A DNA stretch of 64,000 nucleotides. Origin: a bacterium (GTDB lineage Bacteria > Bacillota_I > Bacilli_A > RF39 > UBA660). Under the pieces are notes generated by a model. That model saw only the letters and a program-made list of their open reading frames with translations, searched no databases and was not told the DNA's origin. The stretch covers positions 230-64,229 of the forward strand of contig JAQXOT010000006.1 in NCBI GenBank assembly GCA_029099845.1. The letters run 5' to 3'. Made by a program: the position numbers and the translations under genes. Shown here in pieces: positions 1 to 9,302 of this stretch (positions are counted from its first letter, which is position 1; every line of letters begins with the position of its first letter).

Positions 1-21
1 TATTAAATAATAAAAATATAC

Positions 22-1287
22 TTACTTTTTAGCAATCGCAAAATTACAAATATTCTTATAATTATAGTTTAATTCATTATTTTCAAGAATTGGTAACAAA
101 CCTAAATCATCATTATAAAAATACATCATATTTTTAGAAACAATCATAACATTACCATCTTTTACAATCCATTCTGAAATATCATCAAAATTAAACAATA
201 AAATAGGCTTTTTTATATCAATAATATTAACTTTATAAAAGTCGCCACTATTTGTCCAAAAATAATATATATTATTATCCTTTTTTATTTCTGTAGCACC
301 ATACAATTCTTCTAACTTAGTATTTTTTACTTGCTTTTCAAAATATACTTTTTCATCTAAAAAATCTTTAGCCTCTACAGTCACTAACGCCTTACCTTCT
401 ACTTTTTTAAAACCAATATCAACATTACCGACTTCTTTTAAAACTTCATACTCAGGATCTATTGAATACTGTTTCTTTTTATCAAGATCAGTATAATATA
501 GTTTTCCTTTATAAGCTCCATTAAAATACATATTTTTTGATAATTGTTCATCAAAATCCATTTTCTTTTTGCCACCATTAACAATATCAAAAATATAAAA
601 ATCCATATAAGCATTTGTTCCATTGTCATCAGTATTAATTGACACTAAAAAATTATCTATCAAATAAGAACGATTATTTTCATAACAATCATCATTTAAA
701 TAATTTTTTTCCTCTATTTTATCTTTACTAATACGATAAAATCCATGATAAAACCACATTGTAAAAACTATATTATCAGGAATATTTTCCTTATATATTT
801 TATAACCATATTCTTCACTAGGCTTTACATCTTTTTTCCAAGTATCGGCCATATAATCATCTTTTTTTAAAGAAGAGATAAACTTTTCTACTCCCGTATT
901 ACCTATTTGTTTCAAATATGAATAACTAGTTTGAATTCCTTTATAATTACAAACAATATCTTTACTTAATTTCTTTTTATAAATTGGAAATAAACACACT
1001 AAATCTTCATATTGATAAAACTTAATATCTCTAATAATATTATCTTGCTTATTATAATTATGTGAAAAATCAAACTGAAAAGTTTCTTTTGTTTTATCAT
1101 CAACTACCTTAAATGAATAAACATTCTTTCCATCCTTAACATTTAATTTTTCATTAATCATGTATTCATTATCTGACGTAATAATTGAATAATCAACTTC
1201 ATGATATTTAATAAATGATTGCACAAAAAATTGTATTATTAAACCAAAAGCTCCTAATACAAAAATAACTGGTAGCATCTTTTTCAT
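22..1287 (-). CDS. membrane-anchored hypothetical protein (N-terminal TM helix, large extracytoplasmic domain)
   Basis: ORF 22..1356. An internal ATG at 1287 preceded by a GGTGA RBS gives the signal-anchor MKKMLPVIFVLGAFGLIIQ. No family recognised. Confidence 0.5.
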   Translation of the reverse strand: MKKMLPVIFVLGAFGLIIQFFVQSFIKYHEVDYSIITSDNEYMINEKLNVKDGKNVYSFKVVDDKTKETFQFDFSHNYNKQDNIIRDIKFYQYEDLVCLFPIYKKKLSKDIVCNYKGIQTSYSYLKQIGNTGVEKFISSLKKDDYMADTWKKDVKPSEEYGYKIYKENIPDNIVFTMWFYHGFYRISKDKIEEKNYLNDDCYENNRSYLIDNFLVSINTDDNGTNAYMDFYIFDIVNGGKKKMDFDEQLSKNMYFNGAYKGKLYYTDLDKKKQYSIDPEYEVLKEVGNVDIGFKKVEGKALVTVEAKDFLDEKVYFEKQVKNTKLEELYGATEIKKDNNIYYFWTNSGDFYKVNIIDIKKPILLFNFDDISEWIVKDGNVMIVSKNMMYFYNDDLGLLPILENNELNYNYKNICNFAIAKK

Positions 1288-1339
1288 ATTATCACCAATA
1301 TCATTATAACAAAAAAAAAGACTTAAATAAAGTCTACTT

Positions 1340-1783
1340 TTAATCACGATATTCATCTTTTCTTTTATTCTTATTCATTTCAATCATATATGTAGATAAT
1401 TCCGTTTCAATTTCTGGCAATGCCCCATTAGCAATATTTGATAATACTACAAGTTCATTGATAGTATCAACATAAACTTTTCCCCAAAAAATACCGCCTC
1501 TTACCTTTAAATCATTAAACATATCAGGAGTAATTGAATCTAAAAAGTAACCAAAAACAACTCTTTTTCTTCCAATTAAAATTCGCTTATTAGTAAGTGC
1601 TATTACAGCTGTTCCAACTATATCAAAAGGATTATCATTTTTTTGAGCTACAAAAACATAAATAACTTCCTCATCTGGATTAAGGTGTTTTTCAATTACT
1701 GAAGCATTCTGTTTTATTCTCCACCCTATCGTCATTGGATATTTGTTTTTAAATCTCATTGCCATTTTATAAACTTTTCCCAC
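1340..1783 (-). CDS. small hypothetical protein (possibly bacterial PH-like fold)
   Basis: 147-aa ORF with a GTG start at 1783, 8 nt after GGGAGG. The functional guess is only a weak impression. Confidence 0.45.
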   Translation of the reverse strand: MGKVYKMAMRFKNKYPMTIGWRIKQNASVIEKHLNPDEEVIYVFVAQKNDNPFDIVGTAVIALTNKRILIGRKRVVFGYFLDSITPDMFNDLKVRGGIFWGKVYVDTINELVVLSNIANGALPEIETELSTYMIEMNKNKRKDEYRD

Positions 1784-1919
1784 TACTACTACCTCCCTAA
1801 ATAAAACTTATAAAAAAATTATAACACACATTAAAATATTTGTAATTATAAATTTGTCGATAAAAAAAAGAGCTAAAAATTAAAAAAATTCATATTATCT
1901 ACTAAAAGGACGTGATAAT

Positions 1920-2846
1920 ATTAAAAAAACAATTGGAATACCTCGTGCACTACTTTACTACTATGATAGCGATATGTGGCTTAACTTTTTTAAATATTTA
2001 GGCTATAAAACAATTATTAGCCCCATAAGTAATAAAAAGATTTTAGAAAATGGTACAAAAATAGCTAATGACGAAGCCTGCCTAGCCCTAAAAATGTATT
2101 TAGGTCACGTTTTAGAACTAAAAAATCGTTGTGATTATATCCTTGTCCCTAGATTATATTCCATTAAAAAGAATGAACAAGTATGTACAAATTTTAACTG
2201 TTTATATGATTTAACTAAAAACTTAATTGATGCAAATATTATTAATTATAATATTGATCTTAATACTAGAAAAAATTCATTACTAGCCTATTTAAATCTT
2301 GGCGAAATTTTAGGTGAATCTTATATAAAAAGTTATAGAGCCTACAACTATGCTAAAAATAAAAGTCTAAGCAATAGAAAACAAAAAGAAATAATACAAT
2401 TAGCAAATCTAAAAACCAATAACATTAAAATACTTCTTGCAGGTCATCCTTATAACCTTTATGATGATCTAATTGGTAAAACAATTATCAAATACTTAAA
2501 TGAAAATAATATCTCTATAATCTATAGTGACGGTATTGATCACACTATAATTGATTCAGAATGTGAAAAATTATCTACAGATATTCATTGGACTCATAGT
2601 AAAGAAGTCATGGCTAGTATTAATTATTACCATGACAAAGTTGATGGAATAATTATCATTTCCTCATTTCCTTGTGGACCTGATTCTTTAAGCATTGAAT
2701 TAGTTAACCATAAAATTAAAGACATTCCACTTATTACTTTAATTTTTGAAGATCTAAACAGTGAAACTGGTATTATTACTAGGCTCGAAAGTTTTATTGA
2801 TATTCTAAGAAATATAAAGGAGCAACAAAATGTCCAAAATAATTAG
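1920..2846 (+). CDS. acyl-CoA dehydratase activase-related protein (DUF2229-type domain), probable non-ATG start
   Basis: The frame is open from 1884. In-frame upstream codons read KKTIGIPRALLYYYDSDMW, the conserved N-terminus of this family, so the start is probably ATT/ATA near 1920, after an AAAGGA RBS at 1905-1910. The listed ATG at 1974 is probably internal. Confidence 0.65.
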   Translation: MKKTIGIPRALLYYYDSDMWLNFFKYLGYKTIISPISNKKILENGTKIANDEACLALKMYLGHVLELKNRCDYILVPRLYSIKKNEQVCTNFNCLYDLTKNLIDANIINYNIDLNTRKNSLLAYLNLGEILGESYIKSYRAYNYAKNKSLSNRKQKEIIQLANLKTNNIKILLAGHPYNLYDDLIGKTIIKYLNENNISIIYSDGIDHTIIDSECEKLSTDIHWTHSKEVMASINYYHDKVDGIIIISSFPCGPDSLSIELVNHKIKDIPLITLIFEDLNSETGIITRLESFIDILRNIKEQQNVQNN

Positions 2847-3897
2847 TTTTCCCCATTTAGGAGATTATTATATTCCCATATCAGAGTTTTTAAAAAGAAC
2901 AACCAAAGCCACCATTAAACCATCACCACCAATAACTAAAAAAACAATTGCCCTTGGTGCAAAATATGCCCCAGACACCGTTTGCTTACCATTCAAATAT
3001 AATTTAGGTAACTTTTTGGAAAGTCTAGAAGGTGGAGCCAATATCCTCTTTACGGCTGGTGGCGGGTGCCGGTATCGCTACTACGCCGAAGTAACGGAAA
3101 CTATTTTAAGAGATCTCGGTTATAACTTTGAATTTCACTCTTTAGTAACAAAAGGAAAAATAAACTTTAAAAATATATATCAAGATTTTAAAAAAATAAA
3201 TCCAAATCTAAAACTGACAACATTCATTCATTCTGGCTTATACACCCTAATCTTTATATGGGATATGGATAAAATCGATACTATAATCCGTAAAAATATT
3301 GGTTTTGAACAAACACCAAATACTCATATCAACTTAAAAAAGAAAATGTTAAATGCTTTTAAAAATACCAATTCGATATTTAAACTAACATTTCTTTATT
3401 TTAGATACAAACATCTTTTCAAAAAAATCCCTATAAATAAACCAAATAATTGCTTAAAAGTAGCTATAATTGGTGAATTATATACCGCAATGGAACCTTT
3501 TTCTACCTATTTTCTAGAAAAAGAATTAGCTAGTATGAATATTGAAATAAAACGTTACACTAATTTGTCCTATTTGTTATGGCAAAAAAAGTTCAAAACT
3601 AAACATATGTTAAAAAAAACAAAAAAATATTGTAAGTATACACTTGGTGCTGATGGTCTTGATAATGTCTATCGAACTTTAGATTTAATTAATAAAAAAT
3701 ATGATGGCATAATTCATACTAAACCATTTGGCTGTACTCCAGAAGTTGGCGCAATTCCAATTATTCAAAAAATATGTAAGGAATATGAAATGCCAATAAT
3801 ATTTTTATCATATGACACAGAAACATCAAATGAAGGAATAAAAACTCGTCTAGAAGCTTTCTATGATTTATTAAATATAAGGAGGAATAAAAAATGA
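2830..3897 (+). CDS. acyl-CoA dehydratase activase-related protein, second DUF2229 / HgdB-like domain protein
   Basis: AAGGAG RBS before the ATG at 2830 and a 17-nt overlap with the upstream gene. Contains the GGGCRYRY Cys motif and the KPFGCTPE motif typical of the family. Confidence 0.7.
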   Translation: MSKIISFPHLGDYYIPISEFLKRTTKATIKPSPPITKKTIALGAKYAPDTVCLPFKYNLGNFLESLEGGANILFTAGGGCRYRYYAEVTETILRDLGYNFEFHSLVTKGKINFKNIYQDFKKINPNLKLTTFIHSGLYTLIFIWDMDKIDTIIRKNIGFEQTPNTHINLKKKMLNAFKNTNSIFKLTFLYFRYKHLFKKIPINKPNNCLKVAIIGELYTAMEPFSTYFLEKELASMNIEIKRYTNLSYLLWQKKFKTKHMLKKTKKYCKYTLGADGLDNVYRTLDLINKKYDGIIHTKPFGCTPEVGAIPIIQKICKEYEMPIIFLSYDTETSNEGIKTRLEAFYDLLNIRRNKK

Positions 3898-4856
3898 TTA
3901 AAGGTTATTTAGGAATAGATATAGGTTCAATATCAACCAAAGGCGTCATCATAGATAAAAATAATCATATTTTAGCAACATCATATTTATGGACTAAAGG
4001 AAATCCCATAGAAGCAGTTAAAGAAGTCTTAAAAGAATTAAACAACCAAATAAAAAATGAAGATATAAAAATTGTATCAGTTGGCACCACGGGATCAGCA
4101 AGAAAACTAATTGGAACAATATTAAATGCTGGCATAATAAAAAATGAAATAACCGCCCATGCCATTGGAACTCTATCACGCCATCCCGACGTTAAAACCA
4201 TTATTGAAATTGGAGGCCAAGATTCCAAAATAATTCTTTTAAAAAATGGTATCGTTACCGATTATGCTATGAATACTTTATGTGCCGCTGGTACTGGCTC
4301 GTTTTTATCCAGTCAAGCCAAACGCTTAGACGTAGATGTTGAAGACTTTGGAAAAATGGCTCTAACCAGCAAAAATCCGGCTCTAATTGCCGCCCGTTGT
4401 ACAGTTTTTGCCGAAAGCGATCTTGTTCATAAAATCCAAGTAGGCTATAAAAAAAATGATATAATTGCTGGGTTATGTAAAAGTGTTGCCCTAAACTATC
4501 TAAATAATGTTGGTAAAGGTAAAAAAATTGAAGAACCTATTATTTTTCAAGGTGGCGTTTCAAAAAATATTGGCGTTAAAAAAGCTTTTGAAGATATTTT
4601 AAACACCAAAATAATTACTGATGATTGTGGACATTTAATGGGAGCCTTAGGGGTTGCCATTCTAGCCCAAAAAGAAAAAGAAATAAACTTTTCATTTGAT
4701 ATTATTGAAGAAAACTTTAAAACAACAAGCCTAAACTGTTCATCATGCCCAAATAATTGTGAAATAATTTGCGTACAAAAAGAAGGAAAACTGCTAGATT
4801 CTTGGGGTAATCGTTGTGAAGCCGGTAAAAAAACAGTAGATAAAGTTTACAACTAA
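3894..4856 (+). CDS. BadF/BadG/BcrA/BcrD-type ATPase (CoA-substrate-specific enzyme activase, HgdC-like)
   Basis: GIDIGSISTKGV actin-like ATPase phosphate-1 motif, EIGGQDSK, AAGTGSF, and a C-terminal Cys cluster CSSCPNNCEIICV. AGGAGG RBS; 4-nt overlap with the previous gene. Confidence 0.85.
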   Translation: MIKGYLGIDIGSISTKGVIIDKNNHILATSYLWTKGNPIEAVKEVLKELNNQIKNEDIKIVSVGTTGSARKLIGTILNAGIIKNEITAHAIGTLSRHPDVKTIIEIGGQDSKIILLKNGIVTDYAMNTLCAAGTGSFLSSQAKRLDVDVEDFGKMALTSKNPALIAARCTVFAESDLVHKIQVGYKKNDIIAGLCKSVALNYLNNVGKGKKIEEPIIFQGGVSKNIGVKKAFEDILNTKIITDDCGHLMGALGVAILAQKEKEINFSFDIIEENFKTTSLNCSSCPNNCEIICVQKEGKLLDSWGNRCEAGKKTVDKVYN

Positions 4857-4857
4857 T

Positions 4858-6447
4858 CTACTGTTTTAATTTATCTAAATATTCTTCATAAGAAACACGT
4901 CTATCAATAATTTTACCATTATCCAATATTTCAATTACTCGATTGGCCAATGTATTATTAAGCTCATAATCTCTAGAAGTAAATAATACTTCACCTTGAA
5001 AATTAATTAATCCCTTATTTAAAGACGTAATACTTTCCAAATCCAAATGGTTTGTAGGCTCGTCTAAAACAAGCAAATTAGGAGATTCCAACATAATTTT
5101 TGATAGCATACATCTTGCTTTTTCTCCACCAGATAAAACATTAACTTTTTTAAAAACATCATCACCAGAGAATAACATTCTTCCTAAAAAGCCCCGAAGT
5201 ACTGTTTCATCTTTAATATTATAGTACTGCCCAATCCATTCCATAATATTTTTATCCGTTTTAAAATAGTCCGTATTATCTTGTGGTAAATATCCCGGTA
5301 CAATTGTCTTTCCCCATTCTATAGAACCTTTATCATATTTTTCAATTCCTAATAAAATATTAAATAAAGTTGTCTTTACCATATCATTTTGTGCAATAAA
5401 AGCTACTTTATCACCTTTTAAAATAGTAAATGAAACTTTATCCAAAATTTTCTTACCATCCACTTCTTTTGTTAGATTCTCAACCTTTAAGATTTCCTTA
5501 CCAGCTGGTTTTTCAATTTTAAAATCAATATATGGGTATTTTCTTGATGATGGAATAATTTCATCTAATTGAATTTTCTCTAACATTTTTTTTCGTGATG
5601 TAGCTTGCTTTGACTTTGATGCATTAGCACTAAATCTCGCTATAAAAGACTGTAACTCTTTAATTTTTTCTTCCTTTTTCTTATTAGAATCACGCATTTG
5701 TTTTTGTAATAATTCTGAAGATTCATACCAAAAATCATAGTTACCCACATATAATTTAATTTTTCCATAATCAATATCAGCAATATGAGTACATACTTTA
5801 TTTAAAAAATGTCTATCATGAGAAACAATAATAACCGTATTATTAAAATTAATTAAAAACTCTTCTAACCATCTAATCGCTTCTAAATCTAAACTATTAG
5901 TTGGTTCATCTAATAATAAAATATCTGGATTACCAAATAGTGCTTGAGCTAATAAAACTTTTACTCTCTCTTTAACCGGTAATTCCCTCATTAATGAATA
6001 ATGATGCTTCTCTGGAATTCCTAAATTGCTAAGTAAAGTAGCAGCTGAAGCCTCCGCATTCCAACCATCTAAATCCATAAACTCAGCTTCTAAATTGGCA
6101 AGACGCATCCCATCTTCATCACTAAATTCCGTCTGCTGATACATCTTCTCTTTTTCTTCCATTATTTTATATAATTTATCATTACCCATAATTACAACAT
6201 CAATAACACTTTTTTCATCATATTGATAATGATCTTGTTTTAAAAAAGAAACTCTTTCATTTTTACTAACTACAACTTCTCCCGTTGTAGTTTCAATTTC
6301 TCCAGATAAAATTTTCAAAAAAGTTGACTTTCCAGACCCATTAGCTCCAATTAATCCATAACAATTACCATTAGTAAACTTAATATTAACATCTTCAAAT
6401 AAAGTTCTTTTTCCAAACTTTAAACTCACATTATTTACTTGTATCAT
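4858..6447 (-). CDS. ABC-F family ATPase (two ABC cassettes, no TM domain; translation-factor type)
   Basis: First cassette has Walker A GANGSGKST and Walker B LLLDEPTN; the second cassette has the signature LSGGEK. A K/E-rich inter-domain linker is present. The likely start is MIQVNNVSLKFG at 6447, after a GGGGTGA RBS. Confidence 0.9.
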   Translation of the reverse strand: MIQVNNVSLKFGKRTLFEDVNIKFTNGNCYGLIGANGSGKSTFLKILSGEIETTTGEVVVSKNERVSFLKQDHYQYDEKSVIDVVIMGNDKLYKIMEEKEKMYQQTEFSDEDGMRLANLEAEFMDLDGWNAEASAATLLSNLGIPEKHHYSLMRELPVKERVKVLLAQALFGNPDILLLDEPTNSLDLEAIRWLEEFLINFNNTVIIVSHDRHFLNKVCTHIADIDYGKIKLYVGNYDFWYESSELLQKQMRDSNKKKEEKIKELQSFIARFSANASKSKQATSRKKMLEKIQLDEIIPSSRKYPYIDFKIEKPAGKEILKVENLTKEVDGKKILDKVSFTILKGDKVAFIAQNDMVKTTLFNILLGIEKYDKGSIEWGKTIVPGYLPQDNTDYFKTDKNIMEWIGQYYNIKDETVLRGFLGRMLFSGDDVFKKVNVLSGGEKARCMLSKIMLESPNLLVLDEPTNHLDLESITSLNKGLINFQGEVLFTSRDYELNNTLANRVIEILDNGKIIDRRVSYEEYLDKLKQ

Positions 6448-6504
6448 TATATCACCCCAAACTTCCCCTATTTTACTATAAGTAACAAAAAAAGACAAGT
6501 ATCT

Positions 6505-7179
6505 CTATCTTGTCATTCTTTTTACATATTGCCTTACTGATTCATTCTCAATAGCTGTCTCTTTCATTACATCACTGATAGAATCATAATCAGAAAAAAC
6601 ATCATCAAGAATAGTTTTTTCTTTTTTCGTTAATTTTGCCATAGCAAACAACTCATTTTTAACATATGTATTTAAACTAAATGAATTATTGCTTCTAACA
6701 AATCGCATTAAACTAGGTACAGTTCTAATTCTATAACTTCCTGGATCAACTAGATATATTTTACCATTATAAATGGTATTATCAACTCCAAAGTCAGCAA
6801 CCTCAACATAATTATTCGTAAGAGTCATAATATCATTTTGAATAATATCCATTTCATCAATGAAATTAATCATTTTCATTCGAATAATTCCCGTAGTTGT
6901 TGCCTTTGTAATAAAAGGTGTTGTATATCCGATAAACTCACCACTATCAGCATCTCTAATCAATTTTCTAGGTAATAATAATCTATTTGTATCAATACCC
7001 ATTAATTTCTTAGCTTCTTCTTCTGATAATCTAAGTTTATCACAACTACCTGGTTTATAAATTTTTAAGGCCTCATCACGATATTGATAAACTTCAGCTT
7101 CATCGCCTTGATCAATATACATCCAAGCCAAATTATCATCACTAAACTCCAATAACTTATCATCAACTAATATTCGCAT
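6505..7179 (-). CDS. small protein-kinase-like fold protein (paralog A)
   Basis: 224 aa. GDEAEVYQY (Gly-loop-like), ALKIYKP (VAIK-like Lys), ADFGVDN (D-x4-N catalytic-loop-like) and LVDPGSY (DFG-like). Confidence 0.55.
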   Translation of the reverse strand: MRILVDDKLLEFSDDNLAWMYIDQGDEAEVYQYRDEALKIYKPGSCDKLRLSEEEAKKLMGIDTNRLLLPRKLIRDADSGEFIGYTTPFITKATTTGIIRMKMINFIDEMDIIQNDIMTLTNNYVEVADFGVDNTIYNGKIYLVDPGSYRIRTVPSLMRFVRSNNSFSLNTYVKNELFAMAKLTKKEKTILDDVFSDYDSISDVMKETAIENESVRQYVKRMTR

Positions 7180-7238
7180 ACTAACCCCCTAAATTAGTAA
7201 GCTATTATATCATAAAAAGCTTATAATGTAAAATAATT

Positions 7239-7922
7239 TTATAATCTCTTTATATATTGTTTTACCGGGTCCTTTAAAGTATCAGTATCAAGATTTAAAT
7301 CTAAATTAGCAAAATCAGTCCTTGTTGTTCCCAATAAAGAACCAATCATTTCTCTTTGAGCACCATTTAAACCTAAAGCTCTAAATAAATCATATTCGAT
7401 ATATTCATTCAAAGTAGAAACATTTCTATCTCTAACAAAATTTCTAAAGCCTAAAGAATAATTACTATTAACAGATTTATAACTTCCTGGATCAACCAAA
7501 TATATTCCATTATTAAAAATAGTATTATTTATATTAAAATCAGTAATTATAACTCCACTATCAGCTAATTTTACTGCCTCACTTCTAAGTAAATTAACTT
7601 CACTAACTAAATTTCCTATTTCCATATCAAAAATACTAGCTATTTTTGTCTTATAAATAAACCTCGTAGTATACCCAATAAATGCCCCAGTATCACAATC
7701 ATAAATAAGTTTTCTAGGCAGCAATATTCTTTCAGTATCAATTCTTGTTAACTCCAAAGCACTATCTTCCTCCAACCGAAGTTTTATACAATGCGGTCTA
7801 TAAATTTTTAATGCTTCATCTTTATATTTATATACTTTAGCTTCACATCCACGTCCTAAATACATTTTTGCTAAATTAATATAAGAAAGATTTAAAATCT
7901 CATCTCCAACCAAAATTCTCAT
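7239..7922 (-). CDS. small protein-kinase-like fold protein (paralog B)
   Basis: 227 aa, collinear with 6505..7179: MRILVGD, EALKIYRP, LLLPRKLI, FIGYTT, TDFNINN, IYLVDPGSY, QYIKR. Confidence 0.55.
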   Translation of the reverse strand: MRILVGDEILNLSYINLAKMYLGRGCEAKVYKYKDEALKIYRPHCIKLRLEEDSALELTRIDTERILLPRKLIYDCDTGAFIGYTTRFIYKTKIASIFDMEIGNLVSEVNLLRSEAVKLADSGVIITDFNINNTIFNNGIYLVDPGSYKSVNSNYSLGFRNFVRDRNVSTLNEYIEYDLFRALGLNGAQREMIGSLLGTTRTDFANLDLNLDTDTLKDPVKQYIKRL

Positions 7923-7945
7923 AAATTAATCCCCCACTATTTAAT

Positions 7946-8545
7946 TTAACCTTTATAAAATATAGAAATAAATTTAGCAAATTCATATAAAATAATATCA
8001 CTTTTATTCATAGCAAAACTTTTTCCCATCGCCTTACCACCAATTGTAAGAGAAGCAACAATCGCAGCTACAGTCAAATTAACAAATAACAAATCAATAC
8101 CAAACTTACTGGCAATTCCAACTGCAATAGTTGTAGCGGCTGCACCTGAAATAATACCACAAATATCACCAATAACATCATTGCAAAAACTTGCTACTTT
8201 ATCAGCATTCTTTTTAAATTTAACAGCCACTTTTGCTCCCTTTACTTGCCTAGAGTTCATTGAATGAAATACCTTAGAATCAGCACTAGTAACCGCAACA
8301 CCAATAACATCAAATATAATACCAATAAAAATAAATAATAATGTAATAAGTACTCCCCAAAAGATTGACAAATTAGGAATTGTCATTTGTGATACAAATG
8401 ATAATGAAAAAGATATTAAAAATGCCATAATAACAATTTTAACTACCCATTTAACATCAACCTGCTCTTTTTTATTTTTTTCTTTCTTTTCTGTTTGCAC
8501 TAACAAATTTTCAAACTCTGAATTTTTATTCTTTTTAAATAACAT
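7946..8545 (-). CDS. oapA: four-TM membrane protein, OapA-like (OLE-associated protein A candidate)
   Basis: 199 aa with four predicted TM helices and a DVIGD (DxxxD) motif in TM3. It lies immediately downstream of, and co-oriented with, the large structured RNA. RBS AGGGTGAAGGA. Confidence 0.5.
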   Translation of the reverse strand: MLFKKNKNSEFENLLVQTEKKEKNKKEQVDVKWVVKIVIMAFLISFSLSFVSQMTIPNLSIFWGVLITLLFIFIGIIFDVIGVAVTSADSKVFHSMNSRQVKGAKVAVKFKKNADKVASFCNDVIGDICGIISGAAATTIAVGIASKFGIDLLFVNLTVAAIVASLTIGGKAMGKSFAMNKSDIILYEFAKFISIFYKG

Positions 8546-8570
8546 AAATCCTTCACCCTAATAATAATAT

Positions 8571-8596
8571 AAAAAAAATAGTATAAACATACTATT
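8571..8596 (-). terminator. rho-independent terminator-like hairpin between the large ncRNA and the oapA-like gene
   Basis: On the minus strand: AATAGTAT-gttt-ATACTATT followed by T8. Confidence 0.55.
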
Positions 8597-9190
8597 ATTT
8601 TAATAATTAATGGCTCTTAATATAGTAAACTCTGAACCTTAGGTCAAGTAGGATTTCCCTAGTTTCTGCACCTTCGTTACCAAAAATGCGGTTCCCCATT
8701 ATAGAAACTAATGTGATGTCACCACGCACACGACTTGATTGCCACTTAGTGTCCACTGCAATCCTATACTAATAGCACCCTAGGAGATTTCCTCCCCAAC
8801 ACTTTATTATTAATTCTTTTTTGCAAAAATAATTTCAAAAAGCAATACTTATTAAGGTGGCCAACTATAATAAGCAAGATCTTTTATCCCGATATCTTCA
8901 CTCAAGACAAGCTACACTACACATAACTTTCGCCACAATGTAGGTTCTTCCTACCACGTAACTAGACCATCAGCAATCGCGTATAGGCTATCTACGACCG
9001 GTAAGTCTCCACAAACAATGGGTCGTTTGTCGTATGCCATTACGAGCGCCCATTATTTTCATCTTCAGCATTCACCCCCCACTGGGCGTAAGAAGCAAAC
9101 ACCAAAGGTTTCACAGATATGCTCTTATAACGGTTGTTTAATCCCGTCTTCCTAATAAAGTAATTGACTAGAATAATGTGCCATCAACTA
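8597..9190 (-). ncRNA. ole: large structured non-coding RNA, proposed OLE (ornate, large, extremophilic) RNA
   Basis: About 594 nt with no ORF and visibly higher GC than the flanks. It is bounded by a consensus sigma-A promoter and a terminator hairpin. The length matches OLE (about 600 nt) and a 4-TM OapA-like gene follows it. Not verified with a covariance model. Confidence 0.6.
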
Positions 9191-9197
9191 CATTTAC

Positions 9198-9226
9198 ATT
9201 ATATCATATGCACCTCATTTTGTCAA
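9198..9226 (-). promoter_or_regulatory. consensus sigma-A promoter of the large ncRNA
   Basis: On the minus strand: TTGACA (9226-9221), a 17-nt spacer containing TGA, then TATAAT (9203-9198), giving an extended -10 of TGaTATAAT. Confidence 0.75.
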
Positions 9227-9302
9227 ATTTACACAAATTAATTATAAAAGAGGATTTATATCATCCTCTTAAATTTATTAAAAAAATTTCTTTCCTACTT
9301 AA

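Noticed and set aside
8597-9190. Alternative identities for the large RNA: RNase P RNA, tmRNA, SRP RNA, 6S RNA, group II intron
   Set aside because: There is no GAGGAAAGUCC-type P4 sequence, no tRNA-like GGGG...CCACCA ends or tag ORF, and the length is wrong for SRP or 6S. There is no intron-encoded protein or domain V-like hairpin. The OapA-like gene downstream favours OLE.
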